DNA of 64,000 nt from Trueperaceae bacterium (GTDB taxonomy: Bacteria; Deinococcota; Deinococci; Deinococcales; Trueperaceae). Position numbers and translations under genes: made by a program. The first letter of the stretch is position 1. The number at the start of each line of letters is the position of its first letter. The notes beneath the pieces were generated by a model, which did no database searches, was not told where the DNA came from, and was given only the letters and a program-made list of their open reading frames with translations. The stretch lies in the NCBI GenBank assembly GCA_965213705.1, contig OZ243913.1, positions 2,368,001 through 2,432,000 on the forward strand, given 5' to 3'. Below are positions 10,604 through 19,910 of the stretch, in pieces.

Positions 10604-10741
10604 CGGTGGCCTCGAGAGCAAAGGGGTAATGAGTGAAGAAAGTACCGAGTACCGAGTAAAAAGTAAAAAGTGAGGTCAAAAAGGAGCGTGGTAGCATCCG
10701 CCCAAGCTTTTACCTCCCCGCTCCTTTTCTCCTCAACCTGC

Positions 10742-12694
10742 TTACTTCTCATCTCTCGCCGCCACCCGCCGCGCTACCTCTTCGCGCAGCCGCACGTCCT
10801 TGACCATCTCGTCCAGGCGGCGTTCGCGCGTCACGTTCTGGATGCGGACCAAGTTGTCGAGGTACTGTACCGACTCTTGCAGCCGGATGTCCGCAAAGGA
10901 CAAGCCCTTCATGTTGGCGTGCATGAGTTCGATGAGCTTACCCTTTTTGGTTTCATAATCGGTCGCGAAAAAGAGGCTGTGGTCGTCGAACCACTCGTCG
11001 GGCAAGCCGAAATCCATCACGCGGTTGTTGACGGCTTGCTGGATGTTGCGCACGTCTCGAGAGGTGAAAAAGGGAAAAGCGGCTTGCGTTTGCCGGTAGA
11101 GTTCGGCAAAAAAGGCGTGCTGGCTGGGTTGGTAGTCACGGCGGACACGCTCGAGAACCTTACCAATTACGGCCTCTTCGGGCTCGGCGTCCCCGTCGTG
11201 CGCTTCGGACAGACTGCTCAGCCCGGCCTGGTCGGTGAGGTAGGTGTACTCCGGGTCTTGCATCTCGATGAACTTAGGGTCTATTTCCGCGTAGCGCCGC
11301 CACCACAAGTAATCCTGGTCCAAAAAGTCTTCCCGCGTTTCGGCCCCGTCCACCGGAAAGCGGGCGACGACGCGCGACAGGACGGCCTTGTCGAGCTGGT
11401 CGGGGAGGTTGGTAAAGATGTCGATGGCGGCGTTGCCGCGCTGCACCGCGTAAGCGCCCTCGGTGTAGCGCAAAAACACGCCGATGACCTCGCGCACGCC
11501 CGCCGAGACGCCCTGGCGCGTGCGGTCTTCAAGGTTGTTCTCCGCGTCGTCGATGGGCGCGTAGATGATTTTGCCGGGGTCTTGCAGGGGCCGCATCCAC
11601 GCCACCATCCGCTCGGCGCTGCCGCCCTGGAAGGTCGAGACGACCGTGTCCGGCAGCGGCCAGAACAAAAAGGGGATGCCCAACGCCTGGCAATGGTCGT
11701 GCAACATCGTCGCGGTGGCGGCGATTTGCAAACTCTTCCCGGTGCCCGGTTTGCCGTAGCCGAGGCGCAAACTCGGGAAACCGCCGAGGTCTAAAAACGG
11801 GTTGCGCTGCGCCGCTAGGTCGTAACACAGCAGCCGCTCGACCAGTCGCCGCGCCCCGTGCTTGGCCGCGCGGTTGCCGACAATTTGGTTCAGTTCGACC
11901 CGGTTGAACTCGACGCTCGAGGTCGGCCCGCCCAGGTCTATTTCAAAGCCTTGCAGGTGAAAGTCGCCGTGCTCGAGCTTGTACGCCCGCGTTGTGAACG
12001 GCTCCGCAAACGCGAACGACGCCTCGCGCAGCTTGACCTCGTCCAGCACCGCGCGGAAGTAGAGTTGCGTCATCTTGACAAAGTCCAGGTCGGTTTGGAC
12101 GGCGCTCGAGTCCAGGTACATCCCGTAGTAAAACAGGTTGCACTGCAAGGCGCGCACCGGGTTTTGCAGCGACAGCTCGGGCACGCCCTGAAAGTCGAAT
12201 TGAAGGTTGCCTAGTTCTTCCACTTTGTAATCAGCCAGCTCGAAAGAAACGTAGTAGGCGCACACGAACACCGTAATCGCCGAGGCCGTCACGTACTTGC
12301 CGCGAAACTTGGTCTTTTGGGCTTCGCTCAGGCCGCCGCGGGCGTTTTGTTCGGTGAGTTGCTCCAAACCCGAAGCTTCGGTATAAAGTTTCGAAACGTA
12401 CATCCCGAGCTTGAGGCCTTCGCGCACGACGTGGAGCGTGTGGTTCACGTCGTCGTCGAGCAGCGCCTCGTCGCGGCTCGTTTGCCGGGCGATTTTGAGG
12501 AGCGAAACGGTTTCGGTCTGCGTGGTTGCTAAAGAAGATTCACGGTAACCCGGTGTGGCGCTCGGCGCAGGACGCTCGTTCAGCACGCCCGCTTTGGGTT
12601 GCCACTCGACTCGAGCCAGAAACGCGTTAGCGCGGGCGGTGAACTCGTTGAGTTCGTCTTGCTTGATGGGTAACCAAGAAACGCTGCTATCCAT
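10742..12694 (-). CDS. AAA+ ATPase with a large unknown N-terminal domain
   Basis: Walker A GKPGTGKS, Walker B APIDDAE, and sensor-1/SRH-like FTNLPDQLDKAVLSR. Confidence 0.85.
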   Translation of the reverse strand: MDSSVSWLPIKQDELNEFTARANAFLARVEWQPKAGVLNERPAPSATPGYRESSLATTQTETVSLLKIARQTSRDEALLDDDVNHTLHVVREGLKLGMYVSKLYTEASGLEQLTEQNARGGLSEAQKTKFRGKYVTASAITVFVCAYYVSFELADYKVEELGNLQFDFQGVPELSLQNPVRALQCNLFYYGMYLDSSAVQTDLDFVKMTQLYFRAVLDEVKLREASFAFAEPFTTRAYKLEHGDFHLQGFEIDLGGPTSSVEFNRVELNQIVGNRAAKHGARRLVERLLCYDLAAQRNPFLDLGGFPSLRLGYGKPGTGKSLQIAATATMLHDHCQALGIPFLFWPLPDTVVSTFQGGSAERMVAWMRPLQDPGKIIYAPIDDAENNLEDRTRQGVSAGVREVIGVFLRYTEGAYAVQRGNAAIDIFTNLPDQLDKAVLSRVVARFPVDGAETREDFLDQDYLWWRRYAEIDPKFIEMQDPEYTYLTDQAGLSSLSEAHDGDAEPEEAVIGKVLERVRRDYQPSQHAFFAELYRQTQAAFPFFTSRDVRNIQQAVNNRVMDFGLPDEWFDDHSLFFATDYETKKGKLIELMHANMKGLSFADIRLQESVQYLDNLVRIQNVTRERRLDEMVKDVRLREEVARRVAARDEK

Positions 12695-13835
12695 GTACGT
12701 TTCCGTTCGCGTCGTAGCTCAGCACTCGAGCGCCTTCGAACTCCGGCACCCGCGCGGTCAACTCGTCCAAGTGCTGCGCCAGCGCGTGCGGCAGCAGCAC
12801 ACTCCTGTGAATCACCGAGGCGCGGCGCGCGTAGCTCTCGGGGTCGGACTCGGGGATGTGGAACAGCTCGCGCACCCGGCCGCCCGGCGCGAAGAGGCTG
12901 TTCGTCACGCTTTGGCGCCTCGAGAAGACAATCTCGTCGGTGATGAACAGGACTAAGTCGTCCTCGTCACCGTAAGCTTCCAGCAACTCCAAAATCGCCC
13001 CCTGGCTTTCATCCAACACCGCGCCCTCTTGTTCCAACAGCAGCGGCGTGTACAGCGGCCCGATGCCGATGCGTTTCAAGATTTTGGGGTGGATGGGCTC
13101 GAGGGCGTCGTCAATCGCCATCGCCAGGATGCCCACGTCGGGCACGCGGCCGCCCTCGGCCCGGATAACTTCCAACAGTTGCGCGTGGTTGACTTTGCGG
13201 TGCTCGAGCGGGTCGGCCTCGTTGTTCTGTTCAAACGTCATGACGTGGACGTAGGGCCGGTTCGTCTTGAAGTCGTAGCAGGCCCACGAAGCGAGGTAGG
13301 TACGCATGTCTTTCCGCGTCGGCTCCTGTTTGATGATGTTGTCGGGCTCGAGCATGAAGGGCATGAACAGCTTGCTTTCATCCAACATCTCGAGGTAGCC
13401 GCGCTCGGCGAGTTGCCACAAAAAGTCGACGGGTTCTTGTTGGTACTTGAACAGGTAGTCGAGCGTGAGGCTTTTAAGCATACTCTCGGCGGGCAGGTCG
13501 CGCAGGCGTTCCTCGCGGTGAAGCAGGTCGACGCCGAGTGCGCTGACTTCCTGCGCGTTCGGAAAGCCGGAGTCGGTCAGGTCGACCCATAACAGCCGCG
13601 CGTGCGCGGGGCTGTGGGTGTATTTCAGCCGCAGCGTTTCGACGGTGTAGAGCAGGCGGCCTAGCGACGCGCCGACCACCGCGGCCTCGTAACTGTTTTC
13701 GCTGTCGTCCACGCGGTAGCTCTGCGCCAGCAGGTCGAACACCCGCCGCAGCAACCAAAAGTAACGCGTGTAGTCGTCGCTTTGGAGCAGCGTGAAGTCC
13801 GGGTTGTCGTGGATGAGGGAGGGTTGGTCGGTCAT
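12687..13835 (-). CDS. Hypothetical protein (382 aa) coupled to the AAA ATPase
   Basis: Long ORF with typical codon usage; 8-nt overlap with the ATPase start. Confidence 0.8.
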   Translation of the reverse strand: MTDQPSLIHDNPDFTLLQSDDYTRYFWLLRRVFDLLAQSYRVDDSENSYEAAVVGASLGRLLYTVETLRLKYTHSPAHARLLWVDLTDSGFPNAQEVSALGVDLLHREERLRDLPAESMLKSLTLDYLFKYQQEPVDFLWQLAERGYLEMLDESKLFMPFMLEPDNIIKQEPTRKDMRTYLASWACYDFKTNRPYVHVMTFEQNNEADPLEHRKVNHAQLLEVIRAEGGRVPDVGILAMAIDDALEPIHPKILKRIGIGPLYTPLLLEQEGAVLDESQGAILELLEAYGDEDDLVLFITDEIVFSRRQSVTNSLFAPGGRVRELFHIPESDPESYARRASVIHRSVLLPHALAQHLDELTARVPEFEGARVLSYDANGNVHG

Positions 13836-13874
13836 GGTCTGTGGCGGTTCAAGGTGAGACCTCGCTATAAAACA

Positions 13875-14285
13875 TTATGGCGTAAACCGCAAACCTTTTT
13901 GAAGGTTTTTGACGCTCCTCTTCCACTGAGGAAATTGTTCTTCGTTTTCACTCCAAAGCTCAAACAATTCGGAATCCTCTTGCAAAACACGTTTTAGCCC
14001 CCTTTGTGCAAGCTTAACTAGGCTGCTGTCGGCACTGATTTGATTTGCCCGCAGCCAGCTTTCTGCTTTTTCGGGTAGTTGCACGTCAAAGTCAGGGTTC
14101 AAACTGGCGACGATTGCGGCAGCGGCCACTGCTTCTTGACCGAAATCAACCTCGAGATATTCCTCTTCGGTAAGGACAATCTCAAACGTGTTTCTCAAAG
14201 GCGTAGCGTCGCTGTACTCTTGCAAAGTTCCGAGATAGTCGAGGGCTCCGTCATTATCGAAGTAAGTCGCGTCCCAAGCTCCCAT
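13875..14285 (-). CDS. DUF4259-like protein
   Basis: MGAWDATYFDNDGALDYL N-terminus and SELFELWSE C-terminus; lower GC than neighbours; GGAG upstream of ATG 14285. Confidence 0.8.
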   Translation of the reverse strand: MGAWDATYFDNDGALDYLGTLQEYSDATPLRNTFEIVLTEEEYLEVDFGQEAVAAAAIVASLNPDFDVQLPEKAESWLRANQISADSSLVKLAQRGLKRVLQEDSELFELWSENEEQFPQWKRSVKNLQKGLRFTP

Positions 14286-14314
14286 ACTAAAGCTCCGATG
14301 CTCTACGCATAGAC

Positions 14315-15640
14315 TTAAAACGTCTCGCCCGCCTCCGCGCCTGCCTCGTCGCCGGGGTAGCTGAAAAACGAGCTTTTCGTCGGGTCGATGCCGTACTGGG
14401 ACTTGAACTGCTCGATGAGCTTGAGTTCGCGTTCGCGGATGCGGCTGATGGCCTCGGCCTGGGCGGCTCGAGCGTTGGCGATGTCGGCTATTCGCTGCGG
14501 GTGTTTTTCCATCCGGCGCATCCGGATTTCGTCCGAGACAGCTCCGGCCCGCGCCATGTACTCGACGTTGCGCTGGTCGGCCTCGGCCCCGAGGTCGTCG
14601 AGTTGCTTGGCGATGTCCTGGTCGGCCATCGCTTTCATCGCTTCGAGGCGTGAGCGAAAGGTCACCACCCGCTCTTCGGTGTCGCTGCGCAGCGCGGTAA
14701 TCCACATGCGCTGGTTGTCGCGCAGTTTCATCTGGGTGCGCTCGTGGACTTCGAGTTCCGAGGCGAACTTTTCCTTGCTCTGGAACAGCACGAAGGCGGT
14801 GTTGCGCCGCCCGCGCAACTCTTCGACCGCGGTGCGCAGTTGCGAGATTTTCTCGGTCTGTTGAGCGTGCTCGCTGGTGCCGTTGACGAGTGACTCGAGG
14901 GCGTCCTCCTCGGCGCGCAGTTTCGCCTCGGCGTCGTTGAGGCTCTGGTCGAGCTTTTCTAAGGCGCGGGCCGCTTCCTCTTTGACCTTGAACGCGGACG
15001 CTTTTTTAGCGCTGACGTTGCGGAGTTGCTTGTCGATTTCCTCTTTGCGGCGTTCCATAATCGCAATCGTCTTCTCGACGCGGAGCATAAACTCTTGCAG
15101 GGACGCTTCCATGTCGGCGCTCATGAGTCGCTGTCTGGCCTGGCGCTTCGTTTCGGACTTGGCCTCTTGCAGCCGCGCCTCGGCGGTTTGGAGGTCTTCT
15201 TCGGCGTCGGCAATGGCGCGCTCTTTGAAGAAGCGGCGTTTTTGCGCGGACTCCATCTTCTCTTGCGCCTCTTTGAGTTGGCTTTCAGCCTCGTCGAGGA
15301 TGGCCTGCTCCTCGCGCGAGGGCTGGTTTAAGTTGAGGTATTCCGAGCCCATGCTCTCGAGCACCGCGTTCAGCCCGAAGACCGCTTGGCCCAGGTCTTT
15401 TTCCTCCTGGGTCGCGTCCTTGCGGAGTTCTTCCAGGTCGGCGGTGAGGACTTTCATCCGCAAGTCGCGCTCGCGCGTGTCGCGCACCTTGGCGGCCTCG
15501 TCCATCTGCTGCTCCAGTTCGCTGAAGCGCGCCGAGAAGTCGGTCTGGTCGCGGTTGCGCGTTTCTAATTTGCTCACGGCGGTTTGCGTTTCGCCGGTGA
15601 GTTGGCTTAGAAGCTGGTCTGAACCTAGCGATTGCGTCAT
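14315..15640 (-). CDS. Long coiled-coil protein of unknown function
   Basis: E/Q/K/R/A/L-rich and helical throughout; AGGAGG precedes ATG 15640. Confidence 0.85.
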   Translation of the reverse strand: MTQSLGSDQLLSQLTGETQTAVSKLETRNRDQTDFSARFSELEQQMDEAAKVRDTRERDLRMKVLTADLEELRKDATQEEKDLGQAVFGLNAVLESMGSEYLNLNQPSREEQAILDEAESQLKEAQEKMESAQKRRFFKERAIADAEEDLQTAEARLQEAKSETKRQARQRLMSADMEASLQEFMLRVEKTIAIMERRKEEIDKQLRNVSAKKASAFKVKEEAARALEKLDQSLNDAEAKLRAEEDALESLVNGTSEHAQQTEKISQLRTAVEELRGRRNTAFVLFQSKEKFASELEVHERTQMKLRDNQRMWITALRSDTEERVVTFRSRLEAMKAMADQDIAKQLDDLGAEADQRNVEYMARAGAVSDEIRMRRMEKHPQRIADIANARAAQAEAISRIRERELKLIEQFKSQYGIDPTKSSFFSYPGDEAGAEAGETF

Positions 15641-15859
15641 ACAAAACCTCCTACGTTGCTGCACTCTGCTTCGTTCCACCTTGTATTGGCACATTCCTGG
15701 CTGTCACGTTGCCGTCACCTTTTACGCTGCCACAGTGTACGCCTTTGGGGGGGCGAACGCCTCAAACTTTAGCAGGAAGGCGAGAGCGTCAGACTAACCC
15801 CTTTGCACCCCGACCGCCCATTCCTGAAATTTCGATGAGAAATAGCCTACAATGCGGGT

Positions 15860-18250
15860 ATGCGTCTTGTAACTCTTGGGGGGTTACAGCTAGACGGGGT
15901 CTCTTTCAACCGGGTCAAACCACTTCTTCTTCTCACCTACCTCGCACTTGAAGGTCCGCAGGAACGGCGGTACTTGGCCGAACTGTTTTGGCCCTTGGCG
16001 AGCAACCCCCTGAACAGCTTGTCGGTCGCCCTGATGCGGCTCAGGAAAGTGCTGCCGGGCAGCTTGGAGGCCGACGATACTCGAGCCTGGACAGGTATTG
16101 CGACCGATGTGGGTGAGTTGAACGCCAAGTTGAACGAGGGCGATTTCGAGGCGACGCGCCGCCTTTACGGCGGGCCGTTTGTGCACGGTGTGACGAACGA
16201 CTGGGGCGTCGAACTTGAAGAGTGGGTTTACGCCAAGCGTGAAGACTGCGCCGCGCGGGTGCAGCGCGCACTTCTCAAACTTGCTGAAAGCGAAGCGGCC
16301 CAGGGCCGTTTCGAAGCGGCGGCGCAGCGGGCCGAGGCGGGCTTTACCCTCGACTTCGCCCCCGAGCCGGAACCTGAAGACTTAGGCCGCCTGTACACGC
16401 TGTTGCAAGCGGGCGAAAGTCCGCTGGCGAGCAGGGTCAAAGAAGAAGCTGAAAGTTTCGACATCGCGCTGGGGTTGAGCGCGGCGGAGGCCAGAGCCCG
16501 CTTGCAGCGCGCCCTGCTGGGCCGCACGGAAGAGCAAGAATTACTGCGCTCTTTGGCCCCCGGCGAGTGGGCCTGGGTGCAGGGCCGCGCCGGGATGGGC
16601 AAGACGACGCTGCTGAAAAGCTTAAGCCCCCAGTTTTTGCCGGGCCGGAGCGGTCTGCCCTTCGCCACCGTCGCGCCGCTCGTCGGGCGGGCGCTGCAAG
16701 AAGGTGAAGGTGGCGTCCTGTACAAGCTGCGTGAAATACAGGGCACCCTGGCGATAGACAACTGGGAACTTGTGGACGCCGAGAGCCGGCGCGTGTTGCA
16801 AAAACTTTATGAGGTGGGCAGCGCGGCGCGCGTCGTCGTTTCGTCGCGGCAGAATCCGCCTTTCAAGCTTGACACGCGCGTCGAACTCGGTCCCTTGAGC
16901 CGGGAAGACTTGAGCACCGTGCCGGGCGCTTGGGAAAAAACCCAGGGCCTGCCCGCCTTTGTCGACGCTTTTTTGCGCGAGGACTCGCTGTCGCTGGTGC
17001 TCGAGGACAAACTCGAAGCCCTGTCGCCGCTGGCTTGTCAAGTCTACTTCGCCCTCACCCTCCTCGACGTACCCGACCCGGCCGCGGTGCGGCGGGCACT
17101 CCGCTTAAGCGCTACCGAGGCGGCCGAGGCCCTGGAAGACCTGCTGCGGCGCGGCTTCATCGAGCCGTCGGGCCAGGTGCGCGTGCGGCAGGCGGCGCAG
17201 GAGTACCTGAGCACGCGCCCCACGCTGCACGGCCCGCTCGCCTTGCAACTCGCTCGCGTGCTCGAGCCCGAGCGCGCCTTTCCGCTCTATCAGGCCGCCC
17301 GTCACCTGTGGCGCGACGAGGACGAACCCAGAGCCGTTGAAGCCTACCTTGCCTGGGCCGGAGAACTGCTCGAGCGCGGTTTTCCGCAGCGCGCGGTCGA
17401 GGTGTTGGACGACGCGCCCGTCGAGCGCCCGGTTACCTTTTTGAAAAGCCGCGCTTTAGAGCGGGCCGGGCGCTATCAAGAAGCTTTCGCCGCCGCCGTC
17501 CCGCTTGCCGAAACGCCGGGTGTACTCGCGCTGCGGGCCACGCTCCACTGGCGGTTGGGTAGGCCGGAGGAAGCGAGAGTGGCCGCCGAAGCCGCCCTGA
17601 AAGGGGAGATGTTCCCAAGGGCCGAAGGCTTAAACGTTCTGGGCCATTTAGACCTGTCCGCCGGGAAGCCTGAGACTGCTATGCAATTTTTTCGACGGGC
17701 GTCGGCGCTGTGGCTCGCGCTTGGCGAGACGACCCGCTGGGCTGGGTCGCTCAACAATTTAGCGCTTGCGCGAGTAGAGGTTGGTGAGAACGTCGAGACA
17801 GCTTTTGAAGAAGCTTTGGCGGCGGCGAGCCGTAATCTAAGGACTCAAGCCCTCGTAAAAATCAATTTAGGGCGCGAGTATGGTCGCCAGCACAGTTGGG
17901 AAAAAGCCGGCAGCGTTTTTGAAGAAGCCATTGCCTTGGCAGAGGAAACAGGTGAAGTTCGCCTTGCTAGCAATGCTTGGAACAATTTAGGTGTTTGTCT
18001 CGAGCAACATCAGCCCGAACAGGCGCGGCAAGCCTACAGGAAAGCTTTAGATTTGGCGCAGCGAGCTGGTGACCAGTTTATGGTGGCTGGCTCGCTGTCC
18101 AACCTAGCCGAACTCGAGGGCGACGCCGAAGCCTGGGAGGAGGCCATGCGGCTGTTCGAGGCGACGGGCAACCACGCCATCGTCGAGCAAAAACGCGCCC
18201 GTATCCCGCTCGACCACCCGGTCAGGCGGCGGTCAGGGCAAACTCATTAG
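15860..18250 (+). CDS. SARP/BTAD-like regulator with P-loop NTPase and TPR domains
   Basis: N-terminal KPLLLLTYLALEG...LAELFWP, Walker A GRAGMGKT, and C-terminal TPRs (LNNLA, WNNLG, LSNLA). Confidence 0.8.
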   Translation: MRLVTLGGLQLDGVSFNRVKPLLLLTYLALEGPQERRYLAELFWPLASNPLNSLSVALMRLRKVLPGSLEADDTRAWTGIATDVGELNAKLNEGDFEATRRLYGGPFVHGVTNDWGVELEEWVYAKREDCAARVQRALLKLAESEAAQGRFEAAAQRAEAGFTLDFAPEPEPEDLGRLYTLLQAGESPLASRVKEEAESFDIALGLSAAEARARLQRALLGRTEEQELLRSLAPGEWAWVQGRAGMGKTTLLKSLSPQFLPGRSGLPFATVAPLVGRALQEGEGGVLYKLREIQGTLAIDNWELVDAESRRVLQKLYEVGSAARVVVSSRQNPPFKLDTRVELGPLSREDLSTVPGAWEKTQGLPAFVDAFLREDSLSLVLEDKLEALSPLACQVYFALTLLDVPDPAAVRRALRLSATEAAEALEDLLRRGFIEPSGQVRVRQAAQEYLSTRPTLHGPLALQLARVLEPERAFPLYQAARHLWRDEDEPRAVEAYLAWAGELLERGFPQRAVEVLDDAPVERPVTFLKSRALERAGRYQEAFAAAVPLAETPGVLALRATLHWRLGRPEEARVAAEAALKGEMFPRAEGLNVLGHLDLSAGKPETAMQFFRRASALWLALGETTRWAGSLNNLALARVEVGENVETAFEEALAAASRNLRTQALVKINLGREYGRQHSWEKAGSVFEEAIALAEETGEVRLASNAWNNLGVCLEQHQPEQARQAYRKALDLAQRAGDQFMVAGSLSNLAELEGDAEAWEEAMRLFEATGNHAIVEQKRARIPLDHPVRRRSGQTH

Positions 18251-18286
18251 CTTGGGGGCGAAACGTCGGTTTAACCGGAGGTGGGT

Positions 18287-19840
18287 ATGAAAACAGGCTT
18301 GTTGATTGGGGTCGTTCTAGTCTTGGTAGTCGGGTGTACGCCAAGGGCCGAAGTTCCTACAGAAGAGGTTACGTTTGCGGTCGAGGAGGCTGCGCAGGGA
18401 GAATACGTCGCGGCGCGCTTAGGCGGTTTCAGCCTCGAGCTTTCTGCCAAGGTGAGTGTTTCGGTCGGCGGCGTGCCCGCCAGGGTCGTGTCGTTCAACG
18501 AGCGCGTCGTTGTGTTCGAAGTGCCACTGAAAGCCCGTGAGACGGCTGAACTCGTCCCGGTCGTCGTGTCGGACGGCCGCGTCACGGCTGAGGGACGCTT
18601 AAAAATCCTCGGTGAGGTCGTTCCCGGAAGAGTTATTTTGCTCGTGTTGCCGGATGTCGATTTGACCGCTGGGCTAAGCCAAGCCTTGCAAAACTTTTTC
18701 GAGCGCGAAGACGGCCTGTTCCGTGGCCTGCAAACCGTGACGGGCGAACCTGTGGGGCCAGGGATTGAAGAACGGCGCACGCTCCTTAATCCGCTGAGTG
18801 ACACGGGTTTTGAGGGCAGTATCGAAGAAAATATGAGCTTGTTAAGGGAAACCGGCTCGCCTTGCTTGGGTGACTTGGTGATTTTAGACCTCAACGGTGT
18901 TCCCCTCGAGGAAATCCTGCAAGAACTTGCCGAAGTAAACTTACCCGGTGACGGTGATATGTACGGAGCTGGCGACCAGAGCGGAGAAGAAGCTCTAAAA
19001 ACCATCGGTATCGACCCCACCGCCCGGCTTTTTACAGGCTTGGGCGTTACCATCGCCGTTTTGGACTCGGGGCTAGACCGAGAACTGTTCGGCAGGCCCT
19101 GGCTCGAGACTTTGGCCTACAACTTCGTCAGCGACAGCAGAACGAACCTTGACGTCTACGCCCTGCACGGCACCGCCGCCGCCCTGGCCGCCGCCGGTGT
19201 CGGGGTCGGCGTGGCCCCGGCCGCCGACCTCCTCCCCCTGAAAGTTTGTGACGGCGACGACGTGCGCTGCCGGGCGGACCATGTGGCCCTGGGCATTTGC
19301 CACGCGCTTGTCCACGCGCCGCGCGGCCCCGAAAACCTTGTCATGAACCTCAGCTTCGGCAGCCCGCTCGACGTCACCGTGCATGAACTGCTCTTGGAGC
19401 ACGCCGTGACCAGGCTCGGCGTCGGCGTCGCGGCGTCGGCGGGCAACGAGGCTGGTTTGGGCTCGCCCCCACACTATCCGGCGGCTTACACATTTGTTAC
19501 CGAGACCCCCCGAGAAACAGGTGACGGCCTTATCGCGGTGGCGGCCCTGGACGCTAACTTGCAACCGTGGGCGGGCGGGACAAAGGGCGGCTACATCGAC
19601 GTGACCGCGCCCGGTGTCAACCTGCTCGACGGCGGCCTCGGGACTTCTTTTTCTGCGCCCTACGCGGCGGGCGCGGTGGCGCTGTTCAAAGAAGCCTCCG
19701 GCGGCCGACTGTCGCCCGGTGAGATTGAAGTGTGTCTCGAGCAGGGTGCCGACGCCAGCGCCGGGTTCGCCGCGGACGAGGTCGGCAGCGGCGTGTTGAA
19801 CGTGGCCGACGCTTTGAAAATCTGTGGGCTCGTCCCCTAG
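18287..19840 (+). CDS. S8 (subtilisin-like) serine protease lipoprotein with an IPT/TIG-like N-terminal domain
   Basis: Lipobox VVGC; catalytic VLDSG, HGT and GTSFSAP; oxyanion SAGN; GGAGG RBS. Confidence 0.85.
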   Translation: MKTGLLIGVVLVLVVGCTPRAEVPTEEVTFAVEEAAQGEYVAARLGGFSLELSAKVSVSVGGVPARVVSFNERVVVFEVPLKARETAELVPVVVSDGRVTAEGRLKILGEVVPGRVILLVLPDVDLTAGLSQALQNFFEREDGLFRGLQTVTGEPVGPGIEERRTLLNPLSDTGFEGSIEENMSLLRETGSPCLGDLVILDLNGVPLEEILQELAEVNLPGDGDMYGAGDQSGEEALKTIGIDPTARLFTGLGVTIAVLDSGLDRELFGRPWLETLAYNFVSDSRTNLDVYALHGTAAALAAAGVGVGVAPAADLLPLKVCDGDDVRCRADHVALGICHALVHAPRGPENLVMNLSFGSPLDVTVHELLLEHAVTRLGVGVAASAGNEAGLGSPPHYPAAYTFVTETPRETGDGLIAVAALDANLQPWAGGTKGGYIDVTAPGVNLLDGGLGTSFSAPYAAGAVALFKEASGGRLSPGEIEVCLEQGADASAGFAADEVGSGVLNVADALKICGLVP

Positions 19841-19856
19841 CATTGCGAAAAGTTTG

Positions 19857-19886
19857 AAGGGCCTCGAGTACCCTCGAGGCCCTTTT
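19857..19886. terminator. Intrinsic terminator between convergent genes
   Basis: AAGGGCCTCGAG-TACC-CTCGAGGCCCTT followed by TT. Confidence 0.7.
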
Positions 19887-19910
19887 GCCGTGGTCTCTTC
19901 GCCGCGCTTT

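Noticed and set aside
13875..14705. 276-aa ORF as given in the track
   Set aside because: Its N-terminal half overlaps the coiled-coil gene in another frame; the real gene starts at MGAW (14285).
15744..18267. TTGGGGG(G)CGAA motif on both sides of the first BTAD regulator as an operator or insertion boundary
   Set aside because: The match is short, low-complexity and imperfect, so it could be chance.
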